A DNA stretch of 64,000 bases from an uncultured virus (IMG/VR IMGVR_UViG_3300049734_000160) (IMGVR_UViG_3300049734_000160); one strand, 5' to 3'; numbered from the stretch's first letter, positions 29,273 through 39,526 are shown. A program made the numbers and translations. Notes: generated by a model from the sequence alone, not told the origin.

Positions 29273-30930
29273 AGCTCCGAGGCTACCAACACGACGCGAT
29301 GGGCGCGATCTTACGCGCCTGGCAGGACTACGACTCAACCCTGCTGGTGTTGCCGACGGGCTGCGGTAAGACGGTGGTCTTTACGGAACTGTTGAAGCAG
29401 TACCAGGCACAGCGCACGCTGATACTCACGCACCGTGGCGAGTTGACCGCGCAGGCGGTGAGGACGGCGAACGCTTTCGGGCTCGAGGCCGACATCGAAC
29501 AAGCGGACCTGTATGCCGACACGAAGTTTTGGAATGACACGCCGGTAGTGGTGAGCACGATTCAAACACAGATTGCCGGGAACAACGGCGGGCGCATGAG
29601 GCGCTTTGACCCGCACGATTTTGGTCTGGTGATTTGTGATGAAGCGCATCACTTCGTCGCGAAGAGTTTTCGTCGCGTGCTGGAATACTACCGGCAGAAC
29701 GAGAACTTGAAAGTTCTCGGCGTGACCGCGACACCTGATCGCGCCGATGAAGAAGCGTTGGGCCAGGTCTTTCAATCGGTAGCTTACGTGTATGACTTGC
29801 TCGACGCGATCAATGACGGATGGCTGGTGCCGATCACGCAACAGATGGTGACGATTGAGGGTTTAGATTTTTCGCAGATTCGCACTACGGCTGGAGATCT
29901 GAACGGGGTTGACCTTGCGATAGTCATGGAGGCAGAAAAAACGCTCCACGGGGTTGTATCCGCCAGCATGGACATCATAGGCGAACGGCCGGCACTCGTT
30001 TTTGCGGTCTCGGTGAGGCAAGCCGAAAGGTACGCGGAAATTTTTAATCGGCATCGGCCTCATAGCGCCGACTGGGTCTGTGGTGCGACTGAGAAAGCGA
30101 AGCGACATGAAATCTTTCGTGATTTCAATTCTGGCAAAACTCAAATCCTCGTGAACGTCGGCGTGGCGACCGAAGGTTATGACAATCCGCGCATCCAGGT
30201 GATTGTGCAAGCGCGGCCCACAAAGTCGCGTTGTCTGTACAGTCAGATGATCGGTCGCGCTACGCGACCAGTGGCCGGGCTTGTTGACAGGTTCGATACT
30301 GCGGAGCAACGACAAGCAGCGATTGCAGCCAGCGAGAAGCCCTCCTGCCTGGTGATTGACTTCGCCGGGAATTCCGGACGTCACAAGTTAATCACTACTG
30401 CCGACATCCTGGGCGGCAAGACGCACGATGAAGAAGTGATCGAGCGGGCAAAGGAGGAAGCGACCAAAGAAGGCGAGCCGGTACGGATGGACCAGCTACT
30501 GGACGGCATCGCGGAGTTGATGGCGCGCGAAGCGGAAGAGCGGCGCAAGCGCGAGGCGGCGCGGCGAGCACATTTGATTGCGCGAGCGCAGTACACAACC
30601 AAGACCGTGAACCCCTTCGACGTGTTTCAACTGAAACCCGCGAACGAGCGCGGCTGGGACCGCGGGCGCAACTTGTCGGAGAAGCAGCGCAATCTGCTTT
30701 TGCGCCAGGGTATCGACCCGAAGGACATGCCTTACGCCCAGGCGAAGCAATTAATTGACGAGCTATTCCGGCGCTGGGACAGCGGGCTCGCGACGATGAA
30801 GCAATGCGCCCTGTTACGTCGCCACGGTTACGACACGAAGAACGTCACGATGAAACAGGCGTCAGAGTTGATTGACGCGCTGGCGGCGAATCATTGGAGG
30901 CGACCAGCACATGAAATGGACCAGGGTTAA
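29269..30930 (+). CDS. SF2 DEAH helicase (IRC3/ResIII-like)
   Basis: LRGYQ, PTGCGKT, DEAHH, TATP, QMIGRATR. Confidence 0.95.
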   Translation: MKLRGYQHDAMGAILRAWQDYDSTLLVLPTGCGKTVVFTELLKQYQAQRTLILTHRGELTAQAVRTANAFGLEADIEQADLYADTKFWNDTPVVVSTIQTQIAGNNGGRMRRFDPHDFGLVICDEAHHFVAKSFRRVLEYYRQNENLKVLGVTATPDRADEEALGQVFQSVAYVYDLLDAINDGWLVPITQQMVTIEGLDFSQIRTTAGDLNGVDLAIVMEAEKTLHGVVSASMDIIGERPALVFAVSVRQAERYAEIFNRHRPHSADWVCGATEKAKRHEIFRDFNSGKTQILVNVGVATEGYDNPRIQVIVQARPTKSRCLYSQMIGRATRPVAGLVDRFDTAEQRQAAIAASEKPSCLVIDFAGNSGRHKLITTADILGGKTHDEEVIERAKEEATKEGEPVRMDQLLDGIAELMAREAEERRKREAARRAHLIARAQYTTKTVNPFDVFQLKPANERGWDRGRNLSEKQRNLLLRQGIDPKDMPYAQAKQLIDELFRRWDSGLATMKQCALLRRHGYDTKNVTMKQASELIDALAANHWRRPAHEMDQG

Positions 30931-31723
30931 TCGCAAGCGCCCGTGCCCGATTTGTCGTCGCCCCGACTGGTGCGGGTACAACGAAGAGGTTGCCATTTGC
31001 ATGCGCGTGGAAAGCGAGAAGCCGACGCGTAACGGTGGCTGGCTGCATCGGCTGCGAGATCCGTTGCCCTACGTGCCGCCACCTGCTACGCGGCCCCCGT
31101 CACAGCCACCGAACCTGCGCGCGCTTTGGCGCCGTTGGGAAATGGCGACTGACTATCAACTGCTTGATGGCCTGGCGATGTCGTTGGGTGTCAACACCGA
31201 CTCGTTACAGGCCATCGGCTGCGGTTGGAATGGACGCGCCTGGGCGTTTCCGATGCGTGACGAAAAGCGGGAACTGATCGGAATTCGCCTGCGCGATAGT
31301 CACGGCAACAAGTGGGCGGTAAAAGGCAGTCACCAGGGCTTGTTCATTCCGGCGACGACGACCGTTAGCGACTCGCCTTTGTTCATCGTCGAGGGACCTA
31401 CGGATCTGGCTGCCGCGCACACGCTCGGGCTCGACGCGATTGGCCGCCCGGCCTGCCTGGGCCAAGAGTCGATGATCGTTGCTTTCATCCGCCGCGCCCA
31501 GGTAAAGCGCGTCGTGATTGTGAGTGATAACGATCAGCCCGACCGCCACGGTATCAGAGCGGGAATCCGCGGCGCACAGAAGTTACAGAGTTGTTTGCCG
31601 GTAGCCAACTGCATTTGGGTGCCGCCCACGAAAGACATTCGCGGTTTCTTGTTGGCCGGTGCCGACAAACAGCTAGTGGACAATTTGGTGAAGGATTTTG
31701 TTTGGACCAGGGGAGGGCATTAA
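30911..31723 (+). CDS. zinc-finger/Toprim primase
   Basis: CPICRRPDWC, IVEGPTD, SDND, KDIR. Confidence 0.85.
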   Translation: MKWTRVNRKRPCPICRRPDWCGYNEEVAICMRVESEKPTRNGGWLHRLRDPLPYVPPPATRPPSQPPNLRALWRRWEMATDYQLLDGLAMSLGVNTDSLQAIGCGWNGRAWAFPMRDEKRELIGIRLRDSHGNKWAVKGSHQGLFIPATTTVSDSPLFIVEGPTDLAAAHTLGLDAIGRPACLGQESMIVAFIRRAQVKRVVIVSDNDQPDRHGIRAGIRGAQKLQSCLPVANCIWVPPTKDIRGFLLAGADKQLVDNLVKDFVWTRGGH

Positions 31724-32160
31724 TGCCAATTCTGAATTACACAACGCAGGTTGAGCCCGAGAAGTCGATCGCGGAGATCACAGGTCTGCTGACGCGCTTC
31801 GGCGCGCGCAGCATCACGACCGAGTACGACGACGACGGTTTCGTGAGCGGGATCACTTTCATCATTATGATCGAAATGCGGCCCCTGGCGATCAAGTTAC
31901 CCGTTAATGTCGACGGCGTTCATAGCACCTTGCGAATGGTGAAGGCCGTCCCGAATCGTAACAAGACGCAAGCCCAGGCGCGGCGTGTCGCCTGGCGCAT
32001 TCTCAAAGATTGGCTGGAAGCGCAACTGGCGCTATTTCAAGTTGGGCAGGCCGAAGCGGGGCAAGTGCTGATGCCTTACGCGGTCGATTCAGAAGGGCGC
32101 ACTGCCTATCAGATGTTCCGCGAATCACACATCAAGCAATTGCCAGCAGCGACCGAATAA
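31723..32160 (+). CDS. conserved phage hypothetical protein (MPILNYTT...RVAWRILKDW)
   Basis: TAATG coupling, GGAGG SD. Confidence 0.75.
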   Translation: MPILNYTTQVEPEKSIAEITGLLTRFGARSITTEYDDDGFVSGITFIIMIEMRPLAIKLPVNVDGVHSTLRMVKAVPNRNKTQAQARRVAWRILKDWLEAQLALFQVGQAEAGQVLMPYAVDSEGRTAYQMFRESHIKQLPAATE

Positions 32161-32180
32161 CGAAAGGGGAGAACAACGGT

Positions 32181-33224
32181 ATGGCGAGTATCAAAATGAC
32201 AGAGGCGGCCCTGGAGGAACGGGGCGATTTCATCATCCTGCGCGGCGTGTTGGATCCGGGCTCATTGGACCACCTACAGACCCCGGATTATCAGCGCGGC
32301 ATCTTGTCGCGAAAGACAATTGCCGACCTGATGCACGCGATCAAGACGAGCAAGGTGCCGGACGTGGAGCTTGCGGTGCGCGGCGGGCAGTTCACGGAGC
32401 GCGAAGGGTCGTTTTACATTCAGTCGCCCACCTACATCATGGATGGATTGCAGCGCATCAGCGCGGCTCGCGAGTTAGTCTCGACGGGTCATGAGGCTTA
32501 CCTGGGCGCGACCGCTTATTTCAACACGACGGCGAAGTGGGAGCGCGAACGCTTTCGCATTCTCAACGCGGAGCGGGTTCACGTCTCGCCGAACGTCCTG
32601 CTCAGAAACATCCGCGGCGACAACGTCGCGGTCAAGCTCGCCTTTGAGCTAACCACGAAAGATAAAAACTTCGTGCTCTTTGAGCGCGTGACCTGGCAGC
32701 AAAACCAGAAGCGTACCGAAGTGCTGACCGCCCTGGTGCTGCTCAAGGTGATGCACTCACTACACGCGCACGAGGGCATCACCGGCCGCAGCAGTTGGGA
32801 AGGTGTGGCCCAGGGCATGGAAAGTCTGTTGGCGCAAATCGGCAAAGCAACGCTGACGAACAACATTACGACTTTCTTCAACGTGCTCGATGAGTGCTGG
32901 AGTATTCGCAACGTGATTTTCACGGAGCGGCAATCGCACCTGAAGGCCAATTTCCTGCAGGCGCTCGCCGACGTATTTTCTCGGCACCTAAATTTCTGGA
33001 TTGGACCAAAGCTGTGGGTTGAGCGGCCCCTGGTTAAAAAGGTAGCGGGCTTCCCGCTTCACGACCCGGAAGTGAAGGCGCTCTGCGGTGCGGGTGGTCA
33101 ATCACGTCGCCTGCTAATGCACATGATCGTGGACCATATCAACTCAGGGAAGCGCACGAAGCGGCTGCGCCCACGGACCAAAGAGGAATGCGATCCGGTA
33201 GCCGTCGATCCGGTCGCGGCGTGA
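32181..33224 (+). CDS. ParB/DGQHR-like domain protein
   Basis: PDYQR, IMDGLQR, F.ILN motifs. Confidence 0.6.
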   Translation: MASIKMTEAALEERGDFIILRGVLDPGSLDHLQTPDYQRGILSRKTIADLMHAIKTSKVPDVELAVRGGQFTEREGSFYIQSPTYIMDGLQRISAARELVSTGHEAYLGATAYFNTTAKWERERFRILNAERVHVSPNVLLRNIRGDNVAVKLAFELTTKDKNFVLFERVTWQQNQKRTEVLTALVLLKVMHSLHAHEGITGRSSWEGVAQGMESLLAQIGKATLTNNITTFFNVLDECWSIRNVIFTERQSHLKANFLQALADVFSRHLNFWIGPKLWVERPLVKKVAGFPLHDPEVKALCGAGGQSRRLLMHMIVDHINSGKRTKRLRPRTKEECDPVAVDPVAA

Positions 33225-33238
33225 AGGGAGAACGCGCC

Positions 33239-33556
33239 ATGTGCGATGACGAGGAAGATGACGATCCCGGCGTACCGTCGGAATGGTTGATCGAAGAGAT
33301 CAAGAAACGCTTCGCTTTCAAGGACGACGTTGACGGTACGAACGCCTTGCTCGTGCTGCAACGGTTGTTTGAGGTTTACGACAATTTGTTTTTCTGGAAT
33401 CTCGCCCTGCGCCACGTGCTGAGCATTCTGCCCTGCCCTGAATGCCGGAAATTGTTTGCGGTCGATGGCGGGCCGGAATGTCGCGCGCACATCGCGGTGC
33501 AACTGGTAATGCAGGGCGTGGTCAACAGCCAGGGCGAGGGCGCGCACTTGAATTAA
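33239..33556 (+). CDS. hypothetical protein
   Basis: GGAG SD, operon packing. Confidence 0.5.
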   Translation: MCDDEEDDDPGVPSEWLIEEIKKRFAFKDDVDGTNALLVLQRLFEVYDNLFFWNLALRHVLSILPCPECRKLFAVDGGPECRAHIAVQLVMQGVVNSQGEGAHLN

Positions 33557-33562
33557 CGCGCG

Positions 33563-33937
33563 ATGAGTAACGAACGACTCACGGTGGACCAGTATCAGGC
33601 TTTGCGCCGACAAGAGCGCAAGCAGCCCAAGTACCGCGCTAAGCCAGTGGTCGTTGACGGCATCACCTTTCCCAGCCGCAAACAGGCGCGCCGCTACCAG
33701 GAACTGCGGTTGCTCGAGAAGGCTGGTCAGATCAGCGACCTGCGCATTGATGGCAAAGATACAACCTTCAAGCTCGTCGTAGCCGGACACCTGATCTGCA
33801 CCTATCGCGCCGACGCGGTCTACGTGGAAAACGGGAGAACCATCTGCGAGGACACCAAAGGTTTTCGCACCGACGTTTACCGACTGAAACGAAAGTTAAT
33901 GCTCGCCATCTTCAATTACGAAATTCGGGAGACGTAG
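33563..33937 (+). CDS. DUF1064 family nuclease / resolvase
   Basis: KYRAKPVVVDGITFPS..ARRY.EL, Y.AD.VY...EDTKG..T.VYRLKRKLM. Confidence 0.88.
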   Translation: MSNERLTVDQYQALRRQERKQPKYRAKPVVVDGITFPSRKQARRYQELRLLEKAGQISDLRIDGKDTTFKLVVAGHLICTYRADAVYVENGRTICEDTKGFRTDVYRLKRKLMLAIFNYEIRET

Positions 33938-33939
33938 AA

Positions 33940-34197
33940 ATGGGGGACACACGCATACGGCTACCAAGTAGTCACGTAGTTCATATTCGCCAGGAGATTG
34001 GCGGTCCTGATTTTCAGGTTTGGCTGAATACCGAGGCAATGGATTTCGACGGTCTCTGCGTCGGTAGTGGCTGGTCCAGGGAGCAGGCGATCGATGATGC
34101 CTTAGAGACCTTCGAGCAATGCCTGGCTGTGCTATTGAAGGAAAAACGAAAACAGGAAGGAGCAACAGATGAGGGAGTCCCAGATGTCAGAGTTTAA
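33940..34197 (+). CDS. hypothetical protein
   Basis: 85-aa ORF 2 nt after the previous stop. Confidence 0.5.
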   Translation: MGDTRIRLPSSHVVHIRQEIGGPDFQVWLNTEAMDFDGLCVGSGWSREQAIDDALETFEQCLAVLLKEKRKQEGATDEGVPDVRV

Positions 34198-34399
34198 GCA
34201 GTATCGCCGGAAACAGATCGCGGAATTGCGGCCCTACGTTCCTGGTGAGGAACTGGACGGCCGTGTTTCGATCTCGGCGATGGACCGCGAGGCGGGCTCG
34301 CCCAAAGAAGGCGATATGATAGCCCGCAATCCCGTGGCCCATGGCGATCAATGGTTAGTGTCAAAAGATTATTTCGAGGCAAACTTTGAACCAGTTTGA
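34184..34399 (+). CDS. small conserved phage protein (FKQYRRK...GDMIARNP...WLV...YF..NFE)
   Basis: recognisable motif; GGAG SD. Confidence 0.7.
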   Translation: MSEFKQYRRKQIAELRPYVPGEELDGRVSISAMDREAGSPKEGDMIARNPVAHGDQWLVSKDYFEANFEPV

Positions 34400-34715
34400 A
34401 AGCGACAACGCGAAGGACATGTTGCTGTGTGCAGGTTGTAGTCGCTGGTTCTACCCGGCTCAGATGTCGCTGGAATTACCCTACTACTGTGAGGTCTGCG
34501 CGGATGAGCGGTTACGAGCCCGACTCGCGGCGATGGATCGCGCGGCGTCGCCGGCGGGCCCAACCCTGGCCGGCGTCGCCTGGCATAGCGTTGCGCTTGA
34601 CGGCACCGTCCAGCCCGCGACTCTTCCTCGGCGGTGGATCATCCGCTAAGCACAAAAAGACCAGCCAAAAAGTCCATAGCAACCCCTTGGCTGGTCTCTA
34701 AAAATCGTTTCTGGG

Positions 34716-34961
34716 TCATTTCTGCGCGGCGTTTTCCCGGCTTTTCCTCGGTTTTGGCTTTTTCCTCCGTTTTAGCTTCGTTCCCGCTTCCAGGATTGTT
34801 CCCGGTGGTAGCACTTCCTTCGGCGTCTTAACTCGGCGCAGCGTATTCCAATACTGCGTTTTGCACTTCGCGCAGCGTATCGGATCGTCAACTCGCGAGA
34901 GCCATACCGCGCCGCAGCGTTCGCACGTGCATTCGTAGGCGGTGATGATTTTCTTAGCCAT
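34716..34961 (-). CDS. zinc-ribbon protein
   Basis: CERCG.VW...P..CAKCK..YWN; ACAACA leader. Confidence 0.7.
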   Translation of the reverse strand: MAKKIITAYECTCERCGAVWLSRVDDPIRCAKCKTQYWNTLRRVKTPKEVLPPGTILEAGTKLKRRKKPKPRKSRENAAQK

Positions 34962-35409
34962 TGTTGCTGTTGTTGTCTCCTTCTCGTTTGAAATAGGCAA
35001 TGAGCCCGTTGATGTAGTCGATGTCTTTCTGAACGTCGGCTTTAATTCGTTCGACATCTTCCTCGGCGATCAGTAATGCCGCCTCGTCAATTTTCGGTTG
35101 CAGTTCCTCGCCGATGTAACGGCGCAACACCTGCTCAATGTCGCGCCCCTGGTCGTAGCTAAGAACGAAATATAGGCCATCGCCTTTACGGCCCCGCGTG
35201 TAATCCTCCGAGGCTTGCGCCTCGCAATTAAAGTTGATGTTTGCCATTAGTAGCTGGTCGGCAAAGTCAATGTCCTCCTGTTTGCACAGGTGCATCAGGT
35301 TGGCGAGTAAATCGCCTACAGCCTCTTTGGTGGAGTTGCCGCCACTCCGATAGTCGGGGTCAAGTTCCAGCGCCTCCTGTGCCCTGGCGGCGCGTTCGTT
35401 GTTGTCCAT
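34954..35409 (-). CDS. hypothetical early protein
   Basis: N.ERAARA..AL...DLLANLMHLC motif; strong SD. Confidence 0.75.
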   Translation of the reverse strand: MDNNERAARAQEALELDPDYRSGGNSTKEAVGDLLANLMHLCKQEDIDFADQLLMANINFNCEAQASEDYTRGRKGDGLYFVLSYDQGRDIEQVLRRYIGEELQPKIDEAALLIAEEDVERIKADVQKDIDYINGLIAYFKREGDNNSNNG

Positions 35410-35479
35410 GTTGGTTGTCCTTTCGTTCGTTTGATAAAGCAGACAGAGGCGCGAGCGGGTCGCGCCCTAGTCAACTGCA

Positions 35480-36592
35480 TCAAGCGATTACCTTGCCTCC
35501 TTCGTTCGGCGTGCTCAAGTAAGAATCAATCGCATCACGGAAGCGACGAAGCCCCTCGTCGTTCAGGTAGGCGCAGGTGTATGGCCCTTTGCCGACCTGA
35601 ATGAGAGCGTTCCAGCGAAAGGCAGGCCCACTTTCTGATAGTGCGTCGGTCGCGCTCAGGCCGATGGTGGCTCCTTCTTCCAGCGTCGGCACTTCGACGT
35701 AAAACTCGCCCCGGTCCCCGGTCGGTACGGCGGACGGTTCCCGATCAATCATCGCCAGACCGCGGATGCACTCGCTGTAAGTGCAAGTCCCGGTGCATGG
35801 CCCACTACAGTTACAGTCGATGAGGTTAATCGCGTCACGCAGCGCATTGCCCACGGTCAAGCGGATGGTATCTCTCGCCGCCCTGGCCTTCTCTTCGTAC
35901 TCTTCGCAACCGCAAACAGCGTCGGGGTCGTCGTTGTCCTCGTCGGGTTCCCATGCCCCGGCGTCATACGCAGCGGTAAACATTTCGTCTAACAACAGCG
36001 GCGGCGGCAACTGGATGTTGTCGCGGACTTCCTGGGCCAGCTTCGCCGCATCTTGTCGGATTCGCTCGCCCGCCCGATCGGCGATCGCTTGCATGTCGGC
36101 CTCGGTGACGTGCGGTGGCGCATCAGACAGCTTATGGTCGTGTGTTGTGCAGTCGTCGGCGTTCTCGCCTTCCGCGCCAGTCAGAACGCAAACCAGCGAC
36201 GCGGCGGTACAACAATAGCTCAACTTCGTATCGCCGTTCGCGACTTGATACCGCCAATCTTCGACGGGGTAATCGGTGTCGCCGACCAGCGGCCCTTTGT
36301 CGCTCTTCGCTGGCTCAACCGCCTTGCTTTCGTCGAACGGCACAATGCGAGCCCGCAATTCATCGTTCAGCAGCGACTCAGGAAACACAGACCAGTCGCC
36401 GTAGTAAACACCATCGTAATAAGCGAGCCCGTCGATGATAAAAATATCGCCCGGTTCATAGTCCAGCTTGATGTGTGAGCCGTAGGTTGTGTGAACGTAC
36501 CCCATCGGTCCGAAAACTGGCCCCTGGCTGCCCCAATCGTCCATGTCCTGGGCGGGATGTTCCCGCCCGTGAAAAAGTTCTAAGTACAGCAT
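35480..36592 (-). CDS. mosaic hypothetical early protein
   Basis: 370-aa ORF with strong SD. Confidence 0.75.
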   Translation of the reverse strand: MLYLELFHGREHPAQDMDDWGSQGPVFGPMGYVHTTYGSHIKLDYEPGDIFIIDGLAYYDGVYYGDWSVFPESLLNDELRARIVPFDESKAVEPAKSDKGPLVGDTDYPVEDWRYQVANGDTKLSYCCTAASLVCVLTGAEGENADDCTTHDHKLSDAPPHVTEADMQAIADRAGERIRQDAAKLAQEVRDNIQLPPPLLLDEMFTAAYDAGAWEPDEDNDDPDAVCGCEEYEEKARAARDTIRLTVGNALRDAINLIDCNCSGPCTGTCTYSECIRGLAMIDREPSAVPTGDRGEFYVEVPTLEEGATIGLSATDALSESGPAFRWNALIQVGKGPYTCAYLNDEGLRRFRDAIDSYLSTPNEGGKVIA

Positions 36593-36780
36593 TTGTTGTT
36601 GTCCTTTCGTTTCCTTAGTGTCAACTCAGCTTCCATACGGAGCGCCTTGCGGAGCGAGACCGGATGCACCATGAATCGCGCCGCAATGCGGTTTGTGTTG
36701 TTCCTGGTGGCCAGCAAGCCGCTTTCACGAAAGTACGTGAGCGCGGCTGCCAGTCGTTCGATTGCTTCTTCGCTGGTCAT
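36580..36780 (-). CDS. small HTH-like hypothetical protein
   Basis: ATGA coupling at 36777-36780. Confidence 0.5.
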   Translation of the reverse strand: MTSEEAIERLAAALTYFRESGLLATRNNTNRIAARFMVHPVSLRKALRMEAELTLRKRKDNNKCCT

Positions 36781-37070
36781 TTCCAAGTCAGATCCGTTTC
36801 CCGGTGAATGTTCCCGTCGATGTCGATCCAGTAACGCGGCTTGAGACCGTTGAGCCACGCCTTTTCGGCTTCCTTGCCCGTCATTTGGTAGGTCTGTGTT
36901 TTCTGGCTGTCCCAATCAACGTCGGACTCGCCCTCGTATTCGGGGTCGCTGAATTCATGTTCGTCGGTGGTCTCGTCGCTTAACGCCTCGGCGCAAGCGA
37001 CGCATTGAACGGTGTCGAGTGTGCCTTTCATGTAAATGCGTTTGCGGCCTTTGTACGGGTATCTCGGCAT
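36777..37070 (-). CDS. hypothetical early protein
   Basis: ACGAAAGGAACAACAAC leader before MPRYPYKG. Confidence 0.7.
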   Translation of the reverse strand: MPRYPYKGRKRIYMKGTLDTVQCVACAEALSDETTDEHEFSDPEYEGESDVDWDSQKTQTYQMTGKEAEKAWLNGLKPRYWIDIDGNIHRETDLTWK

Positions 37071-37114
37071 GTTGTTGTTCCTTTCGTTATGGGCTGATAT
37101 GGCGTGATTTGTGA

Positions 37115-37348
37115 TCAGGTACTCCCGCCTTCGGTGATCTCCTTTCGCTGCCGTCGTACCTGCTGGCAGTTTCCGCATAGCTGCCCGGCATCGGCAAGCC
37201 TTCCATGCCTCACCTTTCCCGATGAATCGGTGTCCTCGAAAGTGATCGCGTTAAGCATTCCGTCGGTTGCTGTTATCGTTGTCCCGCAGAGAGATTCCCG
37301 TCGTTGGTATTGCGGGTTCGCTGGTCTAAGAATATGAACTACCGCCAT
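37115..37348 (-). CDS. small Cys/His hypothetical protein
   Basis: leader motif; H...SLCG...CGNC. Confidence 0.65.
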   Translation of the reverse strand: MAVVHILRPANPQYQRRESLCGTTITATDGMLNAITFEDTDSSGKVRHGRLADAGQLCGNCQQVRRQRKEITEGGST

Positions 37349-37396
37349 GTTGTTGTTTTCCTTTCGTTTGGTGGTGGTCTATCAGTTCCTCGATGG

Positions 37397-37783
37397 TCAT
37401 TCGCTATCCTCCCGTTTGCGTGGTTCGTGTCCGCCTGTGCCCTCGTCGCCTGTATCCGGCGAATCGGGACAGCCGTAATCAAGACCGTTTCCTACGGCTT
37501 TGCTAGATACTGTTGCCGCACGCCGGAACTGTTTTCGTCGGCGGTCTTTACCGATCAGGCGTTTTGGCGGGCCGCCGAATCGTGAGCCCCAATCGGGAAC
37601 GCCGCCACCTTCAACGATGTCGAGATAGATCGGTTGCCCGCAATGTACACAGGTGCTTTCCGCGTCCTGCGCGAAGGCCACGAACGCATCGTAGAAATTG
37701 CCCGCGCCGTAACCTTGCAGCCACGCGATCCACTGGTCGCGCGCTTCGTCGGTTGCCTTATCCAATGTTGTTTGTAATGCCAT
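37397..37783 (-). CDS. hypothetical early protein with CxxC
   Basis: leader motif. Confidence 0.7.
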   Translation of the reverse strand: MALQTTLDKATDEARDQWIAWLQGYGAGNFYDAFVAFAQDAESTCVHCGQPIYLDIVEGGGVPDWGSRFGGPPKRLIGKDRRRKQFRRAATVSSKAVGNGLDYGCPDSPDTGDEGTGGHEPRKREDSE

Positions 37784-37859
37784 TTGTTGTTGTCCTTTCG
37801 TCGTTTAATAGGAACGCGGCAAGGTCACGACTCGCGCCGTGCCGGATTCCATCAATCGG

Positions 37860-38351
37860 TCAGTTGTCGTATCTACCAAAATCATTAATCTTCGATTCGG
37901 CGGCACGCATCGCCTTTTCCGCCTCATCGACTTCCTTGCGGGCTGCGCGTATCTCGTCGGCGGTGCAATCGGTGCGGTAGTTGGGCGCGTCGTAGAGTTT
38001 GGTCAGTACACCGTTTGAGAGGTCGCCCAGGTAAACGGTCGCCTCGGCGTAGGCCGCGCATTCGCTCCCCAGGCGCGACTTGTATGACGTGGAGGTTTTC
38101 AGGTTGAGTTTGAGCGTATAACCGTGTTCAGTTGAATACCACGAGTGCAGACCAAAACCGCCCCCTTCGATTGTCGGTGGCAGTGCCTTGTAAACCTTGT
38201 CGAAAAGCCCTCCGCTAACCTTGCATACCTTCTGCCCAACAAACGGCTCCAGCGCCTCGTGAGCGGCGGCAAAACTATCGTTAGCCGCCTTGTTGACTTC
38301 GTTTCGGGCTGCGACTTTTGCGTCGAGTTGATTGTCGTAAACTTTTCTCAT
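37860..38351 (-). CDS. hypothetical early protein
   Basis: leader motif before MRKVYDNQ. Confidence 0.7.
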   Translation of the reverse strand: MRKVYDNQLDAKVAARNEVNKAANDSFAAAHEALEPFVGQKVCKVSGGLFDKVYKALPPTIEGGGFGLHSWYSTEHGYTLKLNLKTSTSYKSRLGSECAAYAEATVYLGDLSNGVLTKLYDAPNYRTDCTADEIRAARKEVDEAEKAMRAAESKINDFGRYDN

Positions 38352-38518
38352 TGTTGTTGTCCTTCGTCGTCGGCTTCGTCGTCGTCGGGGTTGAAGGTCT
38401 CGCGAACACGCCAGGTATTGATTAACATCGTCAATCTCTTCAGACGAGACCGCCCTTTTTCGTTTTGGTTTGATAGAACGCGGCGGCGCATCCCGGCGGG
38501 ACGCGCTACCGGATTGCA

Positions 38519-39181
38519 TCAAAGCGTTTCCAAGATTGATTTGACGCGTTCGATTTCCTCGCGCTCGTCGTCGGCTTGCTCGCGTGTCCCAAACTTCGCA
38601 GCCTCGTGTGTGCGGTCATACAGTAATCTCAAGTAAGAATTGAGCACGTCGCGCAACGGCGGCGGGCTCTTCGCCTCACGTTGAGCGCGGGCAGCGATAA
38701 AGACTTTCGCTTGCGATAACACGCTAGTCAGATTGTCAAAGGCCGCCTTCATCGTGTGACCAGCAAACTGTTCGGCGCTATTGCCGCCCATTAGCTGGTT
38801 CATTATTTGATCGAATGGTAGTCTCGCGAGTCCGGCCCAGGCGCGGTCTACATTCGTCTTGAGATTCGCGGTCTCACGCTGGTATTTGTTTCGTTCGCGG
38901 GCAGCGTCGCCATTGCAGAATTCGTAAACATCGGCGTGCGCCTCGTAGTTCAGAAGGCGATAAAGGAATTCGCGAAGCGTCCCGTCTGTTTCGGTGTCGG
39001 CGGCGATCGCTTGCACGGTCTCGCGGTTGACGCGAACGCCATCGTCCAGGGTGTCGCCCGCGACGACATAGCCGCTTATGGCATCTTCAAACGCCTCGTC
39101 AGTAATGATCTCCGGTACGTCAACGATCAGGTTGATTTGCGGAAAGGTCGTGATGTTTTTCAATGCTTCGTCTAAGTTCAT
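38519..39181 (-). CDS. hypothetical early protein
   Basis: 220 aa; GGAG SD. Confidence 0.7.
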   Translation of the reverse strand: MNLDEALKNITTFPQINLIVDVPEIITDEAFEDAISGYVVAGDTLDDGVRVNRETVQAIAADTETDGTLREFLYRLLNYEAHADVYEFCNGDAARERNKYQRETANLKTNVDRAWAGLARLPFDQIMNQLMGGNSAEQFAGHTMKAAFDNLTSVLSQAKVFIAARAQREAKSPPPLRDVLNSYLRLLYDRTHEAAKFGTREQADDEREEIERVKSILETL

Positions 39182-39526
39182 TTAGTTGCTCCCTCCCGTC
39201 GGGTTTTTGATTACAAACTCGTCTGCGCGTCCACACGAAGGCGAGCAATAGGTGTAAAGCGACGGGTCGGCCCCGTCGCGTTCATAGGCATCGTCGCCCA
39301 CGTAGAGCGGCATTCCGCACTCGGCACAAGGGCATTCTTCTTCCGGCGTTTCGATCTGTACTTTGGTGTAGGTTGTCGGCGGTGGCGGCACTGGCTTGTC
39401 GTCGCGGCTGCAAGCGCGGCAATAGATCGTGTCGCCGTTGTCAACCACGATCTGACTTTCGGTAAGGCCCGCTCCGCAGCCGTCACATGAGCCTACTTGT
39501 TGCGGTTCAACGTGTACTCTAGCCAT
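39182..39526 (-). CDS. double zinc-finger hypothetical protein
   Basis: CDGC...CRAC and CAEC...YCSPSC. Confidence 0.7.
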   Translation of the reverse strand: MARVHVEPQQVGSCDGCGAGLTESQIVVDNGDTIYCRACSRDDKPVPPPPTTYTKVQIETPEEECPCAECGMPLYVGDDAYERDGADPSLYTYCSPSCGRADEFVIKNPTGGSN

